A stretch of DNA of 64,000 nt, from the NCBI RefSeq assembly GCF_009914755.1, contig NC_060925.1; one strand, 5' to 3'. Under the pieces are notes generated by a model. The model had not been told where the DNA came from. It saw only the letters and a list, made by a program, of their open reading frames with translations, and did not search any database. How positions within the stretch are numbered: position 1 is the first letter of the stretch; each line of letters starts with the position of its first letter. This DNA is from the human T2T-CHM13v2.0 reference genome, Homo sapiens. Positions 1-15,170 of the stretch are shown here, piece after piece. Both the position numbers and the translations under genes were made by a program.

Positions 1-25
1 TAAGCACTCCCCTTACACCACTTAC

Positions 26-206
26 CTCCTGGCTTCTGTGGAGGTGGACAGAGTCTCCAGATGGAATATGTGTGCTTGCATCTCATGATGAGAAATCGGA
101 CAGATCTCATCCACATCAAAGGGGGAAATCTCCTGACGACCTCCTTCATCTTTGACTTCAGAGGCAAACACTTTTTCAGCAAAGTTGCGCATTGCATCAT
201 CAATTT
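26..206 (-). CDS. AMPD1: AMP deaminase 1, exon 3 (181 nt; ..IDDAMRNFAEKVFASEVKDEGGRQEISPFDVDEICPISHHEMQAHIFHLETLSTSTEARR)
   Basis: Minus-strand translation matches the muscle AMP deaminase N-terminus. AG acceptor at 207-208 and GTAAGT donor at 25-20. Codon 48 is CCG (Pro, position 98), the non-P48L allele. The gene continues beyond position 1. Confidence 0.97.
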
Positions 207-1000
207 CTAAAAGAGGTTTTCACATATTAGTGTTCAAGCCCCTTTTCAAAAGTCAGCTGAGAGTTTCTGCTATGTGTAAGGCATGGGACAAGGACTGTGC
301 TGCGTGCATGGCTCTCCTGCTTTCCAACCAGGGTCCAACACAGAGCTCAGTGCCTGCTCTCCTTTTAGTGGGTTTCTGTGTGGGTACCTTGAAAATATGC
401 TCTCAGAAACATGGGTCAGATTCTCATAGCACATTTCAGAACAGTCCTAAAGATGGTCCTAAAGATGAGACCGGGCTGTTGTAGGACTAGCACCTCAGTA
501 AGATCACCTGTTTCTGGCAAGGCTAAGTTTGATTTCATAGTTTGAACCATGCAGCACAGTTCTTCCCATTAGGTTGGTGGAGTTTTTCTGATGGTGTTAA
601 ATATGTGGATAGGGTTATTGGTCCTTGGAGTTTTTCTTGCTAAGGAGAACCAGTGATTCCGGTGATCTAAGTAGTTCTGAGAAATAAATGTGTACTGTAG
701 GGCCTTTCTTCTACTTAAGACAGATACTGTGTTTCTCTCACACATCAAACCTTGTTTTTTCAAATCCAGACAACTTGGTGATATGCTGCTGTATGCAGGG
801 AGGGGACCACTAACATTTACTACCAAGTGCTGGAAGTCCCATTTCTTGTGGACATAGGCCTCAATAATGAATGAACCTTGGAAGGCCAATTTTACTTGTA
901 CATACCCTAATTTTCCCATTCTTAAAATGGGGGGAAATGATGCTTCTTAGTTTGGCAATGAATAACCCCAAGACCCTCAGGATATAAGAAAACCAGTGTC

Positions 1001-1290
<290 letters not shown>

Positions 1291-2736
1291 AAGAAAACCA
1301 GTGTCATCATATAGGATGGTGATGGCCATCAAGTATCTGCCTTTCTGTTAAGTTCCACTGTGTTCTCCAGATCCTCAGTGTTTTCTGTCTGAATAATTAT
1401 TACCTCTAATACTTTTCCTGGTATTTCCAGAAAAGAGCTGGTAGCAATAATGACAATGGCAAATAGCTAGCTATTTGGAGCAACAGTAGAAGACAGAAAC
1501 ATTCCCCACAGGATGACAGAGCAAACTGTATGTAGAGAGAAAGATGCCCCCAGCTATTAATGTCTATACAGACCTGCAAAAGTCCATATTTTCTATTCTA
1601 AATTAAGTAGATGTCATGTGTTCAAGCTCCCTGCTCTGCACTTAACACCTCCTACATCTTCCTCTATTTCCATTTCTTAATCTGTAAAGTGGGAATACTA
1701 ATACCTACCCAACCTCGCTGGCAAGGCTGTTGTGACACTAAGTGAGATAATGTATGTGGAAATGCCTTAAGACAAATAAAGCACCAGATTAAATTGAATG
1801 ATGTAATGTGTAGCATTGGTCAAACAGACATTTGGTGTGTGGGGTTAGCTTTGGACTATGAATGAGATAATACATGATATGACTTAGTATATGATGAAAT
1901 GTACATTGGAGATGACAGGAATTGATTCATAACTTCCCCAACAATAACAGTCAGGTCAGCCAGTTTTTAAAACCTGGTTTGTTACAGCAAAGTTAACAGA
2001 GAAGCCCACTATGTTGGCCAAACTTCATGCATCTATTTGCCTTGTTAAACTCAAACAACTGAAACCGAAAAGCATCTTTGGATGCTATAAGTAGTTCTTT
2101 GGCAAACATCATGATCCATGAAGGAACAAATGGAACACCAAGTAAATGCATTCGATGGCCTGATAATGCCTCCACACCCTACTGCCAACTGATCCCCAGA
2201 AATAATGTCACTACTTCCTAAGCATCACGAGCAAGCACATGCATCTCAAGGGAGAGTGGCAAGCAGAAGTTGGAAGAGGCTGCATGTACCATGAAGGGCA
2301 AATGGAAACAGGACAGTTGGTTATAAAGATGAGAATGAGGATGATGATGAAACTGGTCAGTCATGCTGGGTCTGCAGCAATAATGCTGGAGGCCTCAGGA
2401 AGGACAGTATGGAAATGGATGCCCAGAAACCAAATCCTACTTGCTTGGTATCTGGCTCTTCCAGAACAAGCATTCATTGTCTGGGACTGCACATTTCTAT
2501 TTGTTTCCTATTTTAAAACAGTATTGTTTTTACTAAGATTGTATCTCTCTAAGCCACTGTAGACAGTTGAAAATTAGAAACTCTACTCTTAAGAAGCAGC
2601 TTACATGATGACCAGAAATTATATGGTTGATATTTCCTTCCACTGAAGCAACCACTTGTTTTGACTTCATGTAACCACAGCTGAAATTTGACTCTTAATT
2701 CAAGAGTTCTGCCTTTCAAAAATACCTCGGGGAGTG

Positions 2737-3084
<348 letters not shown>

Positions 3085-3087
3085 TTA

Positions 3088-3422
<335 letters not shown>

Positions 3423-3869
3423 GAAAATGTGTGTATTAACAGCTGGATGGCCTTGGGCAAACCACATAATAACTGGGAGCCACAGTGTTCATCATCATAA
3501 AGGGGAATGTTAATAATAATAACGTCAACTTCAGAGAATTGTTATGAAGATTTAACAAAAAATACTTTAAAACTATGCAGTACTGTCCAGAAGTTGGAGA
3601 TTACTATTATTAACACAGGAAGTGCAAGACTCTTGAGAAGATGAATATCATGCTTTCTTCTTAACAGGTCCAGAAAAACATGCTTGTTTCTCAGCAGTGC
3701 TTTATTAATGTGTAGGAAAGACAAGGTTGTAGGCCTTCGTCTGCCACATTTCATCTCCCAAAGGAATTCAGAGGCAGACCTACTATCAGTCAGCAAAAGG
3801 ACAAGTCTAATTTGAGATTGAGGGGAATATACAACCAAAGTTATAGTTTTATCTAAAATAGGTTTTTAA

Positions 3870-4175
3870 GGCTGGGCACGGTGGCTCACGCCTGTAATCA
3901 TAGCACTTTGGGAGGCTGAGGTGGGTGGATCACTTGAGGTCAGGAGTTCGAGACCAACCTGGCCAATGGTGAAACCTCGTCTCTACTAAAAATACAAAAA
4001 TTAGTCAGATGGGTGGTGGGCACCTGTAAACTCAGCTACTCAGGAGGCTGAGGCAGGAGAATCACTTGAACCCAGGAGGCAGAGGTTGCAGTGAGCTATC
4101 GCACCACTGCACTCCAGCCTGGGCAACACAGCAAGACTCCATCTCAAAAAATAAATAAATAAACAAACAAATAAA
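3870..4175 (+). mobile_element. Alu (S-like)
   Basis: TSD TAAAATAGGTTTTTA at 3854-3868 and 4176-4190. Confidence 0.94.
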
Positions 4176-4316
4176 TAAAATAGGTTTTTATTTTATCTGG
4201 TCACAAAAATGAACAACAATTTTTTTTTTTTTTTTTGCGCTGGAGTTGCTTTACTAAGGCAAGATTCAATAGGCCCCTTTGGCTAATCTATGTCATTTAT
4301 TTCAAAATATTAAACA

Positions 4317-4586
4317 GGCTGGGTGTGGTGGCCCACACCTGTAATCCCAGCACTTTGTGAGGCTGAAGCGGGCAGATCACTTGAGGTCAGGAGTTCGAGA
4401 CCAGCCTGGCCAACATGGTGAAACCCTGTCTCTACTAAAAATTAACCAGGTGTGGTGGTGTGCACCTGTCATCTCAGCTACTCGGGAGGCTGAGGCAAGA
4501 TAATTAGTTGAATCCGGGAGGCAAAGGTTACGATGAGCAGAGCTCACACCTCTGCACTCCCTCCTGGGTGACCATCCATCTCAAAA

Positions 4587-4629
<43 letters not shown>

Positions 4630-4633
4630 GTAA
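4317..4633 (+). mobile_element. Alu with (AAAT)n tail
   Basis: Alu consensus with a tetranucleotide microsatellite tail. Confidence 0.92.
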
Positions 4634-4897
4634 AAGCACTGCATGAGGTTTTCTTTTAAAAAATTATATATAATTATATATATATATATGTTTATACACA
4701 CACTAGAATCCAGAAAAGCCATGAGCTTATTTGCTATGCTATGGGATATCTATGGTCATTATGAATCTTTGTTGACTTTCAAGGCTATTATTTAATAAAC
4801 ACTGCTGAAAAATAGCCATGTTTCTGAATTAAGGAATAGTATCATTTTTTTAAATTGATACTCTGACAAATGGCAGCAAAAGTAATGCAATACTCAC

Positions 4898-4909
4898 GTT
4901 TCTCTTCAG
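4898..4909 (-). CDS. AMPD1: AMPD1 12-nt micro-exon 2 (CTGAAGAGAAAC)
   Basis: Flanked by a TACAG acceptor and a GTGAGT donor. Joins exons 1 and 3 in frame (P-A-E-E-K-Q-I). The last base (4898) is c.34C, the non-Q12X allele. Confidence 0.96.
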
Positions 4910-5381
4910 CTGTATGAAGTAAAATAAAACAAGATAAAATATGTGAACAACTTTCTGTAATCATGGTGGCTATTAATCACTGCTTTGGGGTAGACACATG
5001 TAGATTGCTGTTATTTCAGCTCAGCCTTCCAGCTTGTCTACAGTTTTCTGCCATCAGAAAGCTTGGGAATATGGTCATTATACAGCTCTTCATTTTCTTT
5101 TCTTTTCTAATATGTCTCTTAACATTTATAAGTATACTTTTTAAAAGGCACTCTCTATAAAATATGATTTTTAAAAATATCTGATGAAGAAAGATGGGAA
5201 TGCTCATATGATGTTGGTAGTAGTAAACTTAAAACAGCTCATTTGGTAAACAATTTAGTAACACCTACCAAACAACCATTTCTGAGAAGCTATCCTACGG
5301 AAATCATCCTTAAACATGGAAAAAGCTTTAGGTGTCAATATTGTTATCAGAACATACTTATACTTAAAAAAACCATAAAGA

Positions 5382-5740
<359 letters not shown>

Positions 5741-5962
5741 CTAAGGGATTAATTAAGAAAATAGAATATGCAGTCTTTTAAAATGGTTTTTAGGAAAGGT
5801 TTGGGATACCATGGTAAAAGGATAAGTTGTAAAGTTAAGCCAAAACATTATCCTGCCAAAAGCAGGATATAAAATTACATGTGCAATATAATAACAGTGC
5901 CTTTTAAAAAAAAACTCTTTAATTTTACACAGAAAATAGATTGAAAAGAAAAAAAAACACTA

Positions 5963-6376
<414 letters not shown>

Positions 6377-6910
6377 TTATTACTTTTATTTTTTCAGCAC
6401 AATTTCTATTTCACATGAAACATGTATTGCTTTTATCATTTAAAAATTATAACATTATTATTTTAAAAATTACTCTGCGTACAAACCTGGACAACAGAAA
6501 GCTATTCTCGTGAACCATCAGAATACACACATGGGTTATTTTTGTCATGTTCATGATTTTCAGCCAATACCATAGCTAGAGTCATTATGTAGAAGCCGTC
6601 TCAGAGCTATGGCAGCACAGGTTTTGTTTAGACTAGCAGAATAGATATTAAATATTTCACAGAGTTTTCTACTGGGATCATCAAAGATGCAATATACATG
6701 ATAACAGTTTTAGAAACTTACCCACATCCCAAAACTAAAAACAAACAAAAAACCCTTGAAAATATTTTGTGTTTTCCTGAAATGTATGTTAAAGCTATCA
6801 CGAACCCTAAATGAATGATCAAAGCTGATATGGTAGCTAAAGGAACAGTTGCTTGTCAAAAAAAAAAAAAACAACAACAACTGAGCTCTCCAAACACTTT
6901 GTACACCTAC

Positions 6911-6932
6911 CTGGGAGTTTGAACAGAGGCAT
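6911..6932 (-). CDS. AMPD1: AMPD1 exon 1 coding part (MPLFKLP); an in-frame upstream ATG at 7031 would add 33 aa
   Basis: ATGCCTCTGTTCAAACTCCCAG|GTAGGT. ORF track 6837..7031 shows the MNVRIFYS...ISAT extension. Confidence 0.95.
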
Positions 6933-6999
6933 TGTTGCTGAAATCCTTGATTCTAGGATAGCACAGTAGAAAAGAAGAGAGAGGAGACTGTGGGGTGAC

Positions 7000-7140
7000 T
7001 GACTGACACTATAAAATATCCTGACATTCATTTTATTATTTTGCTTTGCCCCCGGAAATTTGATTCTTCTCTGCTAAGTGGAGAGAGATGAGCTTTGGAC
7101 CTATTTATAGCTTGAGGCATTTGATAGTGAAAAACAGGTG
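7000..7140 (-). promoter_or_regulatory. AMPD1 muscle promoter: MEF2 site CTATTTATAG (7101-7110), E-box CAGGTG (7135-7140), AT-rich element ~7030-7043
   Basis: Perfect CTA(A/T)4TAG match immediately upstream of exon 1 of a skeletal-muscle gene. Confidence 0.75.
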
Positions 7141-7748
7141 AAGCTTTCAGTCTTTACTTTGGGATTAGAAGATATCTGTGGTGGGCCAAAAATTGCATTT
7201 CAATACTCTCTAAATCTTCTTACAGACTGGATCTTTGGCAAGTGTAGGACCACTGATGGTGATATCCCACCCTAGTGAAATACAGTGAAGTCTTTCCGGT
7301 TTCTGAAGCTATGATCCTCAGGGTTTCACATCACGCAAACAGCTTTCTGTGGTTGGTGAATATGCTGGTACATTCATCAAGCTCTCAACAGACACACACG
7401 CACACGCACACACGCTCAGGAATGCATGTTTTTATTAGTAATGTGTCTGACTTAGCAGAACTTCAGTTGACAGTTTAATGAATTAAGTGTTAAATTTACT
7501 TCAAGTCTTTTACAGAAACTCAACTGTCCTCCAGAGTATCCAGTTACCACTTCTCTACCTATTGTTATAATAAGAACAATAGCTTTGTTTTGTATAACAT
7601 TTTATTGTATGTAAAACATTTGGCAAACATTATCTATTTGATACTAATTACAATCCTGTAAGGCAAGTAATACCTTATCCCTGTTTCCCAAATAAGAAAA
7701 CTGGGGCTCTGACAGGTATCTTGCTCAAAGTCATTCTGTTCATCATAA

Positions 7749-8169
<421 letters not shown>

Positions 8170-9087
8170 AGTTATGACTAAATATTTGATAGTTACTGCT
8201 AGGTAAAGAAAGTACGCTGCTAGACTCAGCAGAAATTTTAAATTATAACAGCTTATATTGAAGATGAGCTTGGCACTTCAGATTAGCAACAGAATTATGG
8301 GCATAGACCAAATGATCTTTTTACTATTAACTATTTCTTTTTGAAAATTGGGACAAGCCTTTTTGTTGGCAAAACTTAACAATATTTTAGTGCTTAGCCT
8401 TATGGCCAACCTCTCAATCAACAATATTGCAACACATTACAAAGGTGTTACTGAACCAAAATATTTGTTCATTTCTTTCCAACTCCTTTTTGTTACATTT
8501 TTACCTGGATTTCCCAACAGTATCCACAAATTGATACATCCAAACCAAGCATCTTCCTCCATGAACCTGCTTCTCCTTCAGTAATTCCTATCTTTATATA
8601 AGTTACACTCCAATTTTCTCATTCCAATTGTGTAAATACCCTAGTTGCCTACCCAGAGATCATTTTCCCTACCTTTCTTACAAACAAAAACTTCTTTGGT
8701 TTGAGCATTAATGTGCTCAGCCAAAAAACAGCATTTGCTAGAATCCTTTGTGGCTAGAAGCGGCCATTTGACACAGCCTGGCCAAAGTGATGTAAGCAGA
8801 ATTGCTGGGTGGGATGTCTCCAAAAGTTCTTTTAAAAGGGACCAGCTCAGCTGGCATATGTTTTGCCTTTTGCCCTTCCTCTTCTTCCTGCCTGAAAAAG
8901 GAAATATGTGGATAGGGGCCTCCAAACCAACCATTGTTTTAACACAAATGGTGAGCAGGACAAGAGCCACATGAAGACTATCTGAACAGAAACAAATAAT
9001 TAGGGTCCCTGATGGCATCCTAAAGCCACCATATTAGTCCAGGACTTCCCATATTTAGAATTCTTGTTTAATTAAGGAATTTTTTTA

Positions 9088-9385
9088 AGAGACAGGGTCT
9101 CACTATGTTGCTCAGGCCAGGGTGTAGTGGTTATTGACAGGAGTGATCCTACTACTAAAATCAGCACAGGAGTTTTGACCTGCTCTGTTTCAGACCTGGG
9201 CTAGTTCACTCCTTAGGCAACTTGGTGGTCCCCCGCTCCTGGAGGGTCACCCTGTTGATGTTGAAATTAGTGTGGACACTTGATCAGCATAGATTGCTAT
9301 AGCCCAGAACTCCTGGACTCAAGTGATCCTCCTACCCAAGCCTCCTGAGTAGCTGGGAGTACAAACATGCATCACCATACCCAGC
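9088..9385 (-). pseudogene. Full-length 7SL (SRP RNA) retropseudogene
   Basis: Reverse complement has the 7SL Alu-domain ends and the S-domain (GGGGACCACCAAGTTGCCTAAGGAGTGAAC...GAAACAGAGCAGGTCAAAACTCCTGTGCTGAT). Degenerate A-tail at ~9080-9087 and a weak TSD. Confidence 0.92.
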
Positions 9386-9411
9386 AAGACTTCTTGATAC
9401 ATAAGAAAAAT

Positions 9412-9732
<321 letters not shown>

Positions 9733-9933
9733 TCACTGATTAGTCAGTTTTTTTTATTATTAGAAGCCAATGTAATTCTACCTGATAAGTCATGAGTTAC
9801 CTCAAAGTTGGATAATTGTAATAGATTCCTAATTATTTCCCCTGCCTCCAATCCATATTGCATAATACCACCAGGTTAAATCTTCTGAAAAACCACTTGA
9901 TCATTATATTCTCAGTTCGGAAACATTCAGTGA

Positions 9934-10222
<289 letters not shown>

Positions 10223-10897
10223 TTTATTTTTATGACTTTCTTAAGAAAGTTTTTATGTAAGTAATCAAAAATGTAGTTCAAGAATGTTTATTGTAGCTAA
10301 ACATTTATAATAGTCAAAAGGTAGGAAAAACCCACACGTCTACAATAAAAGATTGAATAAAGCATGGTATAACCATAAAATAAAATGCCACACAATAAAA
10401 TAATGATGTAGATGAATACATATTAACATGAAAAACATTCACAAAATGTTATTAGTGAAAATAATATTACAACAATGTATATATAGTATAATCTTGTCTT
10501 TGTAAAAAAAGAAAAGTATTAATTTACATATCACTCTAGGCATTGAAAGCAGCTTGTGTAGTTTACACTCTTACTCTTTCTGGGTAGTGTGATGATGGTG
10601 ATTTTTACCCCATTCTTTTGGCTTATGTACATTTTCTGCCATGAACAAGTATTATTTCTATCATCAGGAAACAAACTCTAAATTTAAAGGAAAACGATAA
10701 TAAAAATCTCAATTGTATCATCATCCGCAGCCTTCAAGGAAAATGCCCAGAAATTCCCTCTAATGGGAAAAGTCTATCTACTCATTCTTTTTCTCTAATT
10801 AAGCATGCTTTTCTTCAGGCACCAGCATATAAGATAAACTAGCCTCACTGAATTCTATTTTTGTTTTAGTTTTAGCAAAAATATTGTTTTCTATGTC

Positions 10898-11051
10898 TTT
10901 TTTTAAAATTGTACTTTAAGTTCTGGGGTACATGTGCAGAACGTGCAGTTTTGTTACATAGGTATACATGTGCTATGGTGGTTTGCTGCACCCATCAACC
11001 CGTCACCTACAGTAGGTAGTTCTAATGTTATCCCTCCCCTAGCCCCCCACC
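10898..11051 (-). mobile_element. 5'-truncated primate L1 (L1PA-type) 3' end
   Basis: TACTTTAAGTTCTGGGGTACATGTGCAGAACGTGCAG is the L1PA 3'UTR end. TSD TGTTTT(C/T)TATGTC at 10885-10897 and 11052-11064. Confidence 0.88.
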
Positions 11052-12451
11052 TGTTTTTTATGTCCTTTAAAATGATTGGTGTGCAAATATTTCAGCTATA
11101 TCATGGACCACATCAGTTGGAGCTAACCTAGGGACTTAACCATTGTTTACAACATTATTTTAGTGGAAATCATTCTAAGATCCAAATATCAAATTTACAA
11201 AGGTACTTTTTAAATAGGAGATTTCTTGTAGTTCATTGAGTTGGAGATACCTGAGGCTCTGCGGGAAGCAGATGACGCTGTACAGGACTTAACTGTACAC
11301 AGATTACTGTGCCTGGCTCCTTGTTGTCCAGAAAGCCTTTACCTCCATTCTGCTATAGCAGGTCTCTCTCCTTGCTGTGAAACTTGCTGGGGCTCCCACC
11401 TCTTTCCAACCTGTTCATCACCCCACATCCTTCAATGCCTCAATGCCCACAGTAAGTTGTGGTTGAGAAGACAGCATACCCAAGAGTTCTGTGGGGCTGA
11501 GGGTGACCATCGGTAAACTGCCAGCTCCATTTTTTTTTGTTACATTGCTTCAGTGGGAGCAGTTCTGAGTTCATTACAACTTCCAGTTTAGGAATAGAAC
11601 TGGAACATAGTTGCCAGCAGCAACTATAGGTTTTGTCATCCTCTTAGAGGTGTGTAACAATTCCTTTATACTTAAGGAATGCGTTTTGGTTTGGAGCATA
11701 ACCAAACCTGTGGAATGATGAGGAATTTTATGCTACTTTACTGCATTCAGTCTAATTTTCCTGTCAGTAATAATTTCCCACACACGCCTAAAAATAAAGA
11801 AGTCAAATTTTTGAGACACATCCTTTTCCGTGAGACAAACTGACTTTATTTCCTGTCTCTGGAATGGAAATGAAATTCAGCAATTTGCTTTAAACAAAAC
11901 AAGCTGTACTTCAGCAGTGTACTATGTTCTGTTAGAGGAGAGAGGGAGGGAGGCATACTATGGGGTCCCTGCAATAAAAACAGTGTTAGATAGTGTTCTA
12001 AGTTATTGTTTCTTGTTGATGTTGTTTATACTATATATTATTTATACTATATATATATTCATACTATATATATATTATTTAATTTTCACAATAGTCTTTT
12101 GAAGAACTATTATTTCTTCCATGTTACAGTTGAAAAACTTCAGGTGTGGAGAGGTTGACTTGCTCAAGGTCATACAACTAATAAGTGGTAGAAGTGGCAT
12201 TCAAGGCAAGGTATTCTGGCTCCAGAGTGGGGGCTCTTAAGCACTGTATTATACACCATCTCACTATTATGTAGAGTGCAATGAACATGATTGTGTCTAT
12301 AGAATATTGGGATCTGGACTAGACATGAGGATGTGATCTAGTGATTCCCAGTTTGATAGATGGTTGTAGAAGTAGATTGGTGAAGTCAAGTGGTTTTCAT
12401 AGTTTTACGTATGAAATCTTTTTTTTAAACTAAAGATTTTTTCCCCCCACT

Positions 12452-12727
12452 AGAGACAGGGTCTCACTCTGTGGGCCAAGCTGGAATGCAGTGGTGCTAT
12501 CATAGCTTACTGCAGCCTCAAACTCCTGGGATCAAGTGACCCTCCTGCCTCAGTTTCCTGAATAGCTAGGACTACAACAGGTGTGGGGGTAGCTAAGTTT
12601 TAAAACATTGTAGAGACAGGGTCTTGCTATGTTGCCCAGGCTGGTCTTGAATTCCTGGCCTCAAGCGATCCTCCCACCTTGGCCTCTCAAAGTGCTAGAT
12701 TCCAAGTATGAGCCACCATGCCCAGCC
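12452..12727 (-). mobile_element. Alu (J-like)
   Basis: Reverse Alu consensus, diverged. Confidence 0.88.
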
Positions 12728-12963
12728 TCAAACTAAATCTTGAATGAAAGCCTAAAATGAAAGAGATGAACGTGGAATTAATCTGGTGTGAAACTTGTTG
12801 GGAACTCCCACTTTTTCCCAACCTGCTCTTCACCCTACCTCCTCCTCCTTCCTTGAAGTTGGGGGACAAGGGAGGAGGAGCAGAACCACAGCCGTTCAGC
12901 CTCTCTGCAAAGTCTTCTTTACACTCCAAGGACTTTGAACAGCATGGTTTAAAAACTACTAGT

Positions 12964-13273
12964 GGCTGGGCATGGTGGCTCATGCCTGTAATCCCAGCAC
13001 TTTGGGAGGCTGAGGCAAGCAGATTGCTTGAGCTCAGGAGTTCGAGACCAGCAGGGGCAACATGGCAAAACCCCTTCTCTACAAAAAATCACCTAGGCAT
13101 GGTGGTGCACCTGTAGTCCCAGCTACCAGGAAGCTGAGGTGGGAGGATTGCTTGAGCCTGGGAGGTGGAGGTTTGTAGTGAGCTGAGATGGAGCCACTGC
13201 ACTCCAGCCCGGGTGACAGAGCCAGACCCTGTCTCAAAACAAAAACAAAAACCAAAACAAAACAAACAAAAAA
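12964..13273 (+). mobile_element. Alu (J-like)
   Basis: Alu consensus with a CTACTAGT-containing TSD. Confidence 0.92.
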
Positions 13274-15170
13274 ACCTACTAGTGAATCAAAAAAAGCAGA
13301 TTCTGGAAATCGGGAGACCTGGGTTTGAATTTTAGATAAAATCAATACATTTTTAGGGGATTCAGTTTTCTCATCAGTAAAATGGAGATGATTCCTACTT
13401 GATATGGATGTGAAGGATAAAATAAGATATGCAAAAGCACTTTGACATTTTTGAAGCAATATAAAAATATTGGTTTCTGTTTCTACATAGCCTTGACTTG
13501 AAAAGGAGAGGCCCAAGTAGCAGTGAGTTGTGAGTCAGTATATGCTGCATCTTGGATAGCCAAGAGGACTTGCAGGAAAATCAGGGAAGGTGACTATGGA
13601 CAGTGTCCAGAGGTCAGCAGCCAGAACACTGAGGTTAAACGAGCTATATCAGAGTAAACACCGTCCTTCACCTTTGAAATAATCACAAAATTGCAATTAA
13701 GAAATTTTGTTTTAGAGGTTTCTGGGGAGACTCAGTAGAATATAAAAGATTCATAAGGAACCAGTATCTGTCAGATTCACTGCTGTATGCCCAGAGCAGC
13801 ACAGGGGCTAGATACATAAATAAATTAGGTAGGAAAGTCTTAAGGAAAATGTACCAAACCAGTGTAACAAAAACATTTTGTTAGGGCTTATGGCTATGCC
13901 TCACAGGGGATCCAAATATGGTTCTCTTAGAGAAACACAGGCCTTGGTAATTCTACTTCATATGCCATGCTAGTTTTATTTTGAACTTTAATAGTAAATG
14001 TCAAACCCCTCAGCTTCACAGCCAAAACAAGCATACACTTAAAAGATCTCTTCTTCTAACTTTCAACATGTCTTTACACTTCATACCATTGATTTACAAA
14101 AATATTCCTATCAGGAATGTTGGGTCTCAGTTATAAATGTGAATTGATTTATAAGAAAATGTTTTAAAATCAAGTGCAAGTTTTCTTTCAGACTTAACTA
14201 CAATCCACACATTTCAAGCTCCTACAGAAAGTATCAATAGCGCCAATTGTACCATGTCCACAGCATCCATTCTGGAAGATTGCTTTTCCTAACCTGGGTA
14301 TTTCAGGCTGCTGCAAATAAAGAAGCCTGCTAGTAGGCAACTGCTAGCTACAACCACATCCTCCCCTATGAGACATGTAGCTACGTGCCTCTATCTTTAG
14401 AAACATTTAATAGCACGCTAAGTCCCAGTGTTGCAGGTGCTACCCATTTTTACTTCATATGGCTTCTACAAGTTGATGGTAATCTGAATTTATACTAGTT
14501 AAGAAACTAAGTTCATTCCTCCCCTTCATTCCCCATTCCCACTCCCGCCCCACCCCCAACACCAGTAGTTTATAATAGACTATTTCGGTGCAAGTGTGAA
14601 GTAAATCATATGGTAGAATTCAACTGCAAATAAGAATGGTCAACTCAACTCTTGGTTCATGAATCTGAACCCTCTTATGTTCCTTTTGCAACTGGAAAGA
14701 ATATTTCTATTTTGTATGTTCCTGAAGTTCCAGCTGTCTTTTATTAAGGTAAAGGGTCACATTTCACTGCCCAGTTACTTTTAAAAGCATTACAAAGCAT
14801 ACCCTTCCCACTTGGAAACTGGACAGTGATTCTCTCTGTGCTCTCATGGAGCTGGACATCCTCAGACAGTTTTGCGAAATGATCACTAGCAAGGCCTCTT
14901 GGCCTCTTCTCATGTATTTATGGGTATCAAATAACTCATGCAACTATGTTGGCCTTTCAGTGACCTTAAATATTGCTTATGAGAACAGAAACCTTAATAG
15001 CACAGAGATGCACAGGTGGTTCCCTCATATTCCAAATAAACAAGCTTCTTTAGGTACCTTCTCATTATTTGTTTCTGTAGCTTTATTTTGCTGAACAGAA
15101 CAGCAGTTCTCACCAGAAAACATCCTTTCCTCTTTTCCGTTATTAGAGGGTCAAACATTAGAACAAATTT

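Noticed and set aside
569-919. 116-aa minus-strand ORF in AMPD1 intron 2 (also 152..484 on the plus strand)
   Set aside because: No recognisable protein family, poly(A) tail or TSD. The length is within chance for 64 kb read in six frames.
1460-1477. Perfect 18-bp palindrome CAAATAGCTAGCTATTTG
   Set aside because: About 0.25 or more are expected by chance in 64 kb, and neither half is a full MEF2 site.
6933-7031. Upstream ATG extension of AMPD1 as a novel finding
   Set aside because: It corresponds to an already annotated longer N-terminus. The ATG probably lies at or upstream of the main transcription start.
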